Shown here piece by piece: positions 51,521-58,962 of a stretch of DNA of 64,000 nt (its first letter is position 1; the number at the start of each line of letters is the position of its first letter). The notes below the pieces were generated by a model. It saw only the letters and a list, made by a program, of their open reading frames with translations, did no database searches and was not told the DNA's origin. This stretch comes from Gemmatimonadota bacterium (GTDB lineage Bacteria > JBHIER01 > G020348925). Both the position numbers and the translations under genes were made by a program. The DNA is taken from the NCBI GenBank assembly GCA_020348925.1, contig CP070758.1:1196469-1260468 (forward strand). The letters are read 5' to 3'.

Positions 51521-53422
51521 TTGTTTGGCAGAAGAAGGAGCGAGACCTTGATCAGGCATTGTTTCTCTTCAGGGCTGGCCGTCATTTTGGTGATGGGTTT
51601 TGGAGTGGGGACGAATTCGGCTCAGCCGCTGGTCACGATAGAATTGAACTTGAACCAGGAGGACGTGCGCATCCTGGGTGGTCGTTCGGGCGATCACTCA
51701 GGCCATGCCGTGGCCAGCGGTGACATCAACGGCGACGGCTACGATGACGTTCTCATCGGGGCGTATGCGGCGTCCCCATCTGGGGGCAGGAGTGGGGGCG
51801 AGACGTACGTCATTTTCGGCTCTGGGGCGCTGCCGGCCACGGTTGATTTCGCCCGGGGCAGAAGCGACGTGTGCATCTTGGGCGATGATGAGGGGGATCT
51901 GTCAGGCTATAGTGTGGCCAGTGGTGACGTCAACGGCGACGGGTACGATGATGTCATCATCGGGGCATGGGCGGCATCCCCACGAGGGGGCAAGAGTGGA
52001 GGCGAGACGTACGTCATTTTCGGCTCGGGGACACTGCCGGATACGATTGACCTGGCCGCTGGTGAGGAGGACGTGCGCGTTCTGGGCGACGATGAATATG
52101 ACGATTCAGGCCAAGCCGTGGCCAGTGGTGACATCAACGGCGATGGGTTCGATGAGATCATTATTGGGGCGTGGGCGGCGGACCCACCCGGCGGCGGGAA
52201 TGCCGGCGAGACGTATATCATCTATGGCTCGGATGGGCTGCCGGATACGGTCGACCTGGCCGGGGGCGAGGAGGACGTGCGCATTCTGGGCGACGATGAC
52301 GGGGACTTGTCGGGCTTCGCCCTGGCCAGCGGTGACATGAATGGCGACGGGTACGATGATGTCATCATCGGGGCTCCGTGGGCAGACCAGCGTGTTGGAC
52401 TGAGCGCCGGTGAGGCGTATATCATCTTCGGTTCAGGGCTGCTGCCTGATACGGTCGACTTGGACAGGGGCGAGGAGGATGTGCGCATCCTGGGCGAGCA
52501 TTGGGGTGATCAGTCGGGCCATGCCGTGGCCAGTGGTGACATCAACGGCGATGGGTACGGTGATGTCGTCATTGGGGCCTGGGCGGCGAATCCACCTGGC
52601 GGTTCCGGTGCCGGTGTGACGTACGTCGTCTACGGTTCGGAGGGCATGCCGGATACGGTTGACCTGGCCGGGGGTGAGGGGGGTATGCGTATTCCGGGTG
52701 GTGATGCCGGGGATGTGTCAGGCTTCGCCCTGGCCAAGGGCGACGTCAACGGCGACGGGTGCGATGACGTCATCATCGGGGCTCCCCAGGCACGGGCACT
52801 GGCCGGCAAGACTTACGTCATGTGTGGCTCCGGGGCACTGCCGGATACGATCGACTTGGCCGGGGGCGAGGAGGATGTCCGTATTCTGGGTGATGATGAG
52901 TATGACCGGTCAGGCAGAGCCGTGGCCAGTGGCGACGTCAATAGCGACGGGTACGATGATGTCATCATCGGGGCGAACGAGGCCGATCCTCCTGGAGGCT
53001 CGAATGCCGGTGAGACGTACATTATATATGGAAGGTCGCTCCTCGTCACCGCTTTTGAGCTGTTGCAGACTTATCCGAATCCATTTCATTCCACCATCAC
53101 CATCCGTTACACTCTGCCGCACACGATACGCATAACGCACCCCCAAAGAGATCCCCCGGAGGGAGCCCGATCCTACGGGGAGGGGGCGGACGCTTTCGGC
53201 GAGGCACAACGGAAGATGTCCTTGCACACGACGCTGAAGATTTATACCATTCACGGGCAGGCCGTGCGGACGTTAGTGGATGAGGTCAAAGAGACGGGAC
53301 ATCACGAGGTGACATGGGATGAGAGGGATCGCTTCGGTAACGAGGTGGAGAACGGTGTCTATCTCTATCGCCTCGCGGTAAACAACTTCACAACCACCAA
53401 GCGCATGGTGTTGATGAGGTGA
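51521..53422 (+). CDS. FG-GAP (integrin-alpha-like) seven-blade propeller protein with T9SS/FlgD-type CTD
   Basis: Seven 'G.AVASGD(I/V)NGDGYDDVIIGA' repeats; signal-like N-terminus (start may be TTG 51548); QTYPNPF...TKRMVLMR. Confidence 0.9.
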   Translation: MFGRRRSETLIRHCFSSGLAVILVMGFGVGTNSAQPLVTIELNLNQEDVRILGGRSGDHSGHAVASGDINGDGYDDVLIGAYAASPSGGRSGGETYVIFGSGALPATVDFARGRSDVCILGDDEGDLSGYSVASGDVNGDGYDDVIIGAWAASPRGGKSGGETYVIFGSGTLPDTIDLAAGEEDVRVLGDDEYDDSGQAVASGDINGDGFDEIIIGAWAADPPGGGNAGETYIIYGSDGLPDTVDLAGGEEDVRILGDDDGDLSGFALASGDMNGDGYDDVIIGAPWADQRVGLSAGEAYIIFGSGLLPDTVDLDRGEEDVRILGEHWGDQSGHAVASGDINGDGYGDVVIGAWAANPPGGSGAGVTYVVYGSEGMPDTVDLAGGEGGMRIPGGDAGDVSGFALAKGDVNGDGCDDVIIGAPQARALAGKTYVMCGSGALPDTIDLAGGEEDVRILGDDEYDRSGRAVASGDVNSDGYDDVIIGANEADPPGGSNAGETYIIYGRSLLVTAFELLQTYPNPFHSTITIRYTLPHTIRITHPQRDPPEGARSYGEGADAFGEAQRKMSLHTTLKIYTIHGQAVRTLVDEVKETGHHEVTWDERDRFGNEVENGVYLYRLAVNNFTTTKRMVLMR

Positions 53423-53478
53423 TGTCTGAGGTTATTGTGAGGAAGACGAGCCCGGTTCGAGCCGGGGCTGCTTTCTTC

Positions 53479-53739
53479 GTCATTGCGAGCCCCGGGATAC
53501 TGCCCGGGGCAGGCTCAGCGAAGCAATCTCAGGCCATCGAGTGATGACCTGGTTTTTATGGTCTCGTGCCGCGGCGCGGGAGTTGTCAGGTTGAGATCGC
53601 TTCGACCTCCGCTTCGCTCCGTCCTCGGGTTGACAGGCATATGGGCCGAGATAGCTTCGCTCTGGACGTCGTTTCGATCCGGGGTTGACAATCATTATGA
53701 GTGAGATTCTTCGCTTCGATTTGCTCCGTTCAGAATGAC
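53479..53739. repeat. Cluster of REP/RPE-like palindromes (related copies at ~40285-40342 and ~51190-51315)
   Basis: GTCATTGCGAG...CGAAGCAATCTC arm, opposed GAGAT(C/A)GCTTCG arms and GAGATTCTTCG...CAGAATGAC. Confidence 0.75.
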
Positions 53740-53909
53740 TCATCTGGTCCATTGAGTTCATAAATCGCTCAGCATAGGCACTTGAAACGGATGCAGAAAA
53801 TAGGGGCACAACGGGAATATTTTTTTAAGTATCTAATATTAATTAGCTAATGCTGATAAAGCCAAAGTATGGAAAAATGAAAATATTTTTGTTTTTCTGC
53901 AAAAAACCC

Positions 53910-53938
53910 TTGACAGAATTGACTTTTTTTATTATTAT
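53910..53938 (+). promoter_or_regulatory. Sigma70-type promoter about 690 nt upstream of the 54626 gene
   Basis: TTGACA-17nt-TATTAT with AT-rich upstream tract. Confidence 0.6.
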
Positions 53939-54625
53939 ACCTTTGCATTATCGTTGGAGCCAACTTGCCAAGACCGGGTAAGTCGGTAAAGGGAGGGCTG
54001 AGGGTTCTTCCCTGAAGCTGAATGGGGTGGCCGAAGAGAGGTCGCATGATAATGAGAGGGCGCGGTTCGTTTAAATTTTCAGTTTGCCCCATAACAGATG
54101 CAGAGATAAGAACAGTTTTACGCATTCCAAAACCCATAGTCATGGAAAGGGCTGTCTGAGATTCATGGGTATGGGCTAAACATACTTGAGCGGGGGATGG
54201 TGGGTGAGCGTTTTGTCAGGATATATTAAAATAATATAATGAAAGGAGGGGGATTCTGCCGCTTTCTTGATAATTCAACCCGTTTTATGATGTGACATGG
54301 GTGGAACATTTCCGTTGAGAATGATTCCGCATGTTTCTCGTGAGTCAGCTTCAAACAATTGAATGAAGGAACACACATACTTTTCATGTTTCAGAGAACA
54401 ATCGAAAGGGGGGATGTATCAAAGGGGCACGAATATATGAGATACCGTGTGAAAGAGAGTACGAGGGAGTATGTTCAATTAAAGAAAAGCCCGTGGGTGA
54501 AGGAGGTGATGACATCACACATATGTCACGGGCGAAGGCATTCAGGCTGTAGTTTTTTGGGCTAAGGGGGGTGTTTTTTGGAGAGAAAAACATCCTGAAC
54601 TGAACTATAGCAGGAGGAAGAATCA

Positions 54626-54748
54626 ATGAGGAAATTAGTCACACTGACATTGACACTTTTTGCTGTTTCGTTTCTTGTGGCGGGCATGGTTTCAGCGGGC
54701 AAGATCGAGGTCTTGAAGCCGACGCTGGAGGCAGATTTGTCGGAAGAT
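54626..54748 (+). CDS. N-terminal fragment of a secreted protein (truncated by gap)
   Basis: AGGAGG SD; MRKLVTLTLTLFAVSFLVAGMVSA signal peptide. Confidence 0.75.
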
Positions 54749-54849
54749 NNNNNNNNNNNNNNNNNNNNNNNNNNNNNNNNNNNNNNNNNNNNNNNNNNNN
54801 NNNNNNNNNNNNNNNNNNNNNNNNNNNNNNNNNNNNNNNNNNNNNNNNA

Positions 54850-55677
54850 ACATGCATTTCCTCGTGTGAGGAACTGGATTGTGACGATGGAAACCCGTGC
54901 ACTGAGGACTCCTGTGATCCTTCATTCATTCAGTGTGTGCACGATACGTTGTCCTCGGGAGTTTCTTGCGATGATGGTGATCCCTGTACTGAGAATGACA
55001 TCTGCCAGAATGGGATCTGTGCAGGGACGCCCAGGGAATGCATCGATAGAGACGGGAACACCTATCAGACGGTAAAGATTGGCGATCAATGTTGGATGGC
55101 CGAAAATCTGAGGGTGACACACTACCGTAACGGCGATCCCATACACAATGTCACCGATAGTACAGCGTGGATCAATCTGACAGGTGGGGCCTACTGCGAG
55201 TATGACAATGATGATGATAACGTGCCTGTGTATGGGCGATTGTACAACTGGTACGCAGTGAGCGACAGCCGCAATATCGCCCCTGAGGGCTGGCATGTTC
55301 CAAGTGATGAAGAGTGGAAGCAACTGGAGATGTACCTTGGGATGAGCCAGTCGGAGGCTGATGATACAAGGTATCGTGGGACAGACCAGGGCGGCAAATT
55401 AAAAGCGACGGGTACAATTGAAGAGGGGACAGGGTTATGGTATGCTCCAAACGTTGGAGCCACAAATGAAAGCGGGTTTTCCGCGGTGCCTGGTGGGGCT
55501 CGCGACGGTGACGATGGGAACTTCATTAATTTTAGTTATCAATCCCCCCTCTGGTCTTCAACAGAAGGCGGGAGTAGCACCGCCTGGAGCCGAGGCTTGA
55601 GTTGCCTCAGTGCACGGGTTTGCCGCAACCACATCATTAAGAAGCATGGTTTTTCCGTGCGTTGTGTGAGGGATTGA
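54850..55677 (+). CDS. Cys-rich CDDGNPCTED repeats plus Fib_succ_major (FISUMP) domain protein (5' truncated)
   Basis: DRDGNTYQTVKIGDQCWMAENL, YGRLYNWYAV, APEGWHVPSDEEW, NESGFSAVPGG, WSSTE, GFSVRCVRD. Confidence 0.92.
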   Translation, partial: TCISSCEELDCDDGNPCTEDSCDPSFIQCVHDTLSSGVSCDDGDPCTENDICQNGICAGTPRECIDRDGNTYQTVKIGDQCWMAENLRVTHYRNGDPIHNVTDSTAWINLTGGAYCEYDNDDDNVPVYGRLYNWYAVSDSRNIAPEGWHVPSDEEWKQLEMYLGMSQSEADDTRYRGTDQGGKLKATGTIEEGTGLWYAPNVGATNESGFSAVPGGARDGDDGNFINFSYQSPLWSSTEGGSSTAWSRGLSCLSARVCRNHIIKKHGFSVRCVRD

Positions 55678-55945
55678 CTATTGGACTATTCTATCCCGCG
55701 AAGCGGGTGGGACACTCTTTACAATGCATTTTCCCATATAAGGTTATGTGTCTATTTTTACGATAAAGATATCGACCTTTTCTCCAGATATGGGTGATTC
55801 AATAATAATCACAACTGATCTTTGTGTTTGGAATCATTATTTTTATCTTATTCTCACGATGATTAGCGAAGATAAATGCATTATTAATTGTGCTGTAATC
55901 GTTTGCAAGGAGTGTCCGCGAGTGACTCATGATTCTTGTGAAAGA

Positions 55946-56269
55946 ATACAGATTCCGGCTGAATACAGTCTTTCACAAAACTATCCGAATCCTTTCAATT
56001 CCACTATCACCATCAACTCTACGCTTCCAGACGCAGGATGCAAAACGCAAGATGCAAGGTAAGAAGTTTCTCTCAAAATTTGCATTAGCCTGGGACAAGA
56101 GGTTCGAGCCCTGGTTATTGATACTCAAAACCCTGATTCTTATGCAGTGACCTGGGATGGGAAGAATGCAATGGGAAATGCTGTGCTGAGTGGTGTCTAT
56201 TTTTATCTCCTTGCAGAGGGTGATTTCAAAGAGACGAAAAGAATGCTGTTACTCAGATCGCAGAAATAG
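55946..56269 (+). pseudogene. Orphan degenerate T9SS/FlgD-type CTD
   Basis: [16 protein letters not shown]...DAR*EVSLKI...SGVYFYLL...TKRMLLLR; in-frame TAA at 56060 where the phosphatase CTD has CAA; no convincing passenger ORF. Confidence 0.8.
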
Positions 56270-56316
56270 GTGTTTCTTCATCTTATTTGAAATTCTGTAA
56301 AAAAATCTAAAAAAAG

Positions 56317-56375
56317 TGAAACTTCTGATTGAAATGGACGTCTATATCTTATAGATATATATCATATTGATATAT
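56317..56375 (+). promoter_or_regulatory. ECF-type promoter and two overlapping TATATC-N5-GATATA operators upstream of the PadR gene
   Basis: TGAAAC-N16-CGTCTA (56317-56344); inverted repeats TATATCT-tat-AGATATA (56343-56359) and ATATATCA-tat-TGATATAT (56357-56375). Confidence 0.65.
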
Positions 56376-56385
56376 GGAGGTTCAA

Positions 56386-56949
56386 ATGGCTCGTATAAAC
56401 AAAACTCAATTTGCCATCCTGGGTTGTCTCAGCATGAAGCCCATGTCGGGATATGATATACAGAATTTCACCAAGGCTTCTATTGGGTACTTCTGGCAAG
56501 AAGGGTTTGGCCAAATCTACCCGGTTCTAAAGCGGCTGCTCGCTGGAGGTCTGGTCTCCCGAAAAACAGAACCACAGGAAGGTAAACCCGATCGCCACGT
56601 TTACAGCCTTACTACCGCTGGCAAGGAAAAGCTTTTGGAATGGCTGACGGAAGAAACAAATCCTCAGCCGGTGCGCAACGAATTTCTGCTCAAAATCTTC
56701 TTCAGCTCGAATGTGGGCCCGTCGAGTATAGGTAAGGCCCTGCAAAAGTACCTTGAACAACAGAAGAGTATCTTGAAGGTATATCAGCAGTTGCAGAAGC
56801 ATCTTAGGGAGCATGAAGCTAACGAGCAGTTTCCATATTGGTTTACCACACTGAAGTTCGGAATCTACCTTACCCGCGCAAGGATGCGGTGGTGCAAAGA
56901 GACACTGGATGTCTTCAGTCAACTTCAGGAGGAAAAAAATAATCTCTAG
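56386..56949 (+). CDS. PadR/AphA-family transcriptional regulator
   Basis: AILGCLSMKPMSGYDI, YFWQEGFGQIYPVL, KPDRHVYSLTTAG, RNEFLLKIFF. Confidence 0.93.
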   Translation: MARINKTQFAILGCLSMKPMSGYDIQNFTKASIGYFWQEGFGQIYPVLKRLLAGGLVSRKTEPQEGKPDRHVYSLTTAGKEKLLEWLTEETNPQPVRNEFLLKIFFSSNVGPSSIGKALQKYLEQQKSILKVYQQLQKHLREHEANEQFPYWFTTLKFGIYLTRARMRWCKETLDVFSQLQEEKNNL

Positions 56950-56980
56950 CAACCAAAAAACTCTCGGCGAAATGGCGAGA

Positions 56981-58669
56981 ATGAAAAACGCAATCCTGAG
57001 AAGTCTGTATGGTCTGATCTTGATGATGGCGCTGCCTAGTGTATCGGCAGGCGACAACTCATCGGCTTCGGATTTCATCAAGACTAGTGCAATGGTATCT
57101 ATGGCCGATGGTACACGATTATCCACGAACGTTTTTTTGCCATCCAGTTCCGGCTCTTATTCCGTAATATTGATTCGATCACCTTATTCGGGCTCGTGGC
57201 TTGACTCCGTGGCCAACAGGTTTACCAAAGAGGATTATGCCGTTGTGATACAATATGTTCGTGGTTTGTACGAATCGGAAGGGCAGTTCTATCCTTTTGT
57301 ATATGAAAAAACCGACGGATTGGCTACCCTGGATTGGATAAACAGGCAGCCTTGGTCAGACGGGCATGTCGGTGTTTGGGGGGTATCTTACCTCTCGTTT
57401 TGCGGTTTTGAAATCGCCTCGACCAGCCACCCATCGCTCAAAGCAATGATCAATATCTCCGGGTGGGCCGATCTCGGCACACATTTAACACGTGGTGGGG
57501 CTTTTCGGTTGATGGATCACCTTCCATGGTTAATCATGAAAACATCCGGCAACGACCGGATTCCTTCAAAAGCGTGGAATGGTATTTTCAAGACTACTCC
57601 CCTATCTCAGTTTCTTGGTGGAGCTGAGGAGCAGGCGCACATCTCGGGTATCCTGGAAGAGCCGTACCCGTTCAATGATATCCGGATTCCAATCCTGCAT
57701 GTCACCGGATGGAACGACTATATCTATCGCAGCACGCTGTTGGCGTATGAATCAATCAACAAGAATGCCACTGCAGGCAACCATCAGAAAATCATCATCG
57801 GCCCGTGGGCGCACAATCAGGTTTTCTCCGCTGACAGTACCACCTATGGCGATGTCGAATTCGGCCACACCTCCAGCATGGGGCTCGATTCTATTCTAAC
57901 ATTGTCCGTGGCCTGGTTTGACCGCTATATCAAAGGTAAGAATAACATGGTTGATTCTAAGCCGCGGGTGAGATTTTTTGTGATGGGTGAAAACCACTGG
58001 CACGATACTCATGAATGGCCTCCGGCAAATACAGTTGCAAAGAAGTGGTATCTCGCCGACACCGTGAAGACTGGTCGGCTGGATGTAAGTCCGCCTGCCT
58101 CCGAGTCAATCTTTTCATTTGAGTTTAATCCCCACAATCCGGTACCCACCATTGGCGGTATTACCGGTTGGTTCCACCCATTCAATCTGGGAGTCAAGGA
58201 CCAGAGTCCGTTGGCCAGTCGCCCGGATATTTTATTCTTCGATTCGGCCCCCTTGTCTGATGATCTTGTCCTGGCGGGGCCAATCAAGGTTGAAATCTAC
58301 GCGTCAACCGACAGTATCGATACGGACTTTACCGCCAAGCTTGTGGAAGTGCGCCCGGATGGTTACGCTCGAATGATTGAGGACGGCATCATTCGCACGC
58401 GGTATCGCAAGGGCCTCAATTCGTCGGTTTTTATAACGCCGAATGAAGTCTATCGCTATCAGGTCAACCTTGGTCAGACGGCGATACGTATTCCCAAGGG
58501 AAATGCATTGCGATTGGAAATTTCCAGCAGCAATTTCCCCAAATTTGACAGGAATCCGAATACCGGAGTGGATCCAATTTCGGCTACGGAATTTCGCACA
58601 GCGAAGCAGAAAGTGTATATGTCTCCAAAGTATCCGTCACATATCGTTTTGACGGTTCTCTCCAAGTGA
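56981..58669 (+). CDS. Secreted CocE/NonD-family (S15) serine hydrolase
   Basis: MADGTRL, RSPY, VRGLYESEG, WGVSY (Ser), TGWND (Asp), GPWAH (His), DTDFTAKL, SSSNFPKFDRNPNTG. Confidence 0.93.
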   Translation: MKNAILRSLYGLILMMALPSVSAGDNSSASDFIKTSAMVSMADGTRLSTNVFLPSSSGSYSVILIRSPYSGSWLDSVANRFTKEDYAVVIQYVRGLYESEGQFYPFVYEKTDGLATLDWINRQPWSDGHVGVWGVSYLSFCGFEIASTSHPSLKAMINISGWADLGTHLTRGGAFRLMDHLPWLIMKTSGNDRIPSKAWNGIFKTTPLSQFLGGAEEQAHISGILEEPYPFNDIRIPILHVTGWNDYIYRSTLLAYESINKNATAGNHQKIIIGPWAHNQVFSADSTTYGDVEFGHTSSMGLDSILTLSVAWFDRYIKGKNNMVDSKPRVRFFVMGENHWHDTHEWPPANTVAKKWYLADTVKTGRLDVSPPASESIFSFEFNPHNPVPTIGGITGWFHPFNLGVKDQSPLASRPDILFFDSAPLSDDLVLAGPIKVEIYASTDSIDTDFTAKLVEVRPDGYARMIEDGIIRTRYRKGLNSSVFITPNEVYRYQVNLGQTAIRIPKGNALRLEISSSNFPKFDRNPNTGVDPISATEFRTAKQKVYMSPKYPSHIVLTVLSK

Positions 58670-58866
58670 AAGCCAGCTTAATCATGTCAAGACTGAGGAG
58701 ATTAAACAGTATAATTCATTTGAAACATTCGATCCTTTTAGAGAGATCGAGAGTGGCCACGGTCATGATTATGGATTGTACGATGTCAGAAACAGTATGT
58801 GGACAGAGTTGATCAAGCCTTGAGTGATTTCTACTTTTTGGCTGGAGGAAAACAGTGAGGAGCAAT

Positions 58867-58926
58867 TTTTATAACCTAACTGTGGGAAATTTCACAGCGA
58901 CCAGAAGAATGGTCCTGATGAAATAG
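58867..58926 (+). pseudogene. Short remnant of a CTD 3' end
   Basis: '[19 protein letters not shown]' with no intact upstream frame. Confidence 0.65.
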
Positions 58927-58962
58927 GATAGGATCATTATTTCTAATCTGGAGGTGAGATCT

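Noticed and set aside
34593-54600. 12-bp inverted match GTTCAGGATGTT / AACATCCTGAAC upstream of two secreted-protein genes
   Set aside because: On different contigs and short enough to occur by chance; no invertase seen
54626-55677. Joining the 54626 signal-peptide fragment with the FISUMP fragment (likewise 34642 with 36485)
   Set aside because: Separated by an arbitrary 100-N spacer with no evidence of continuity
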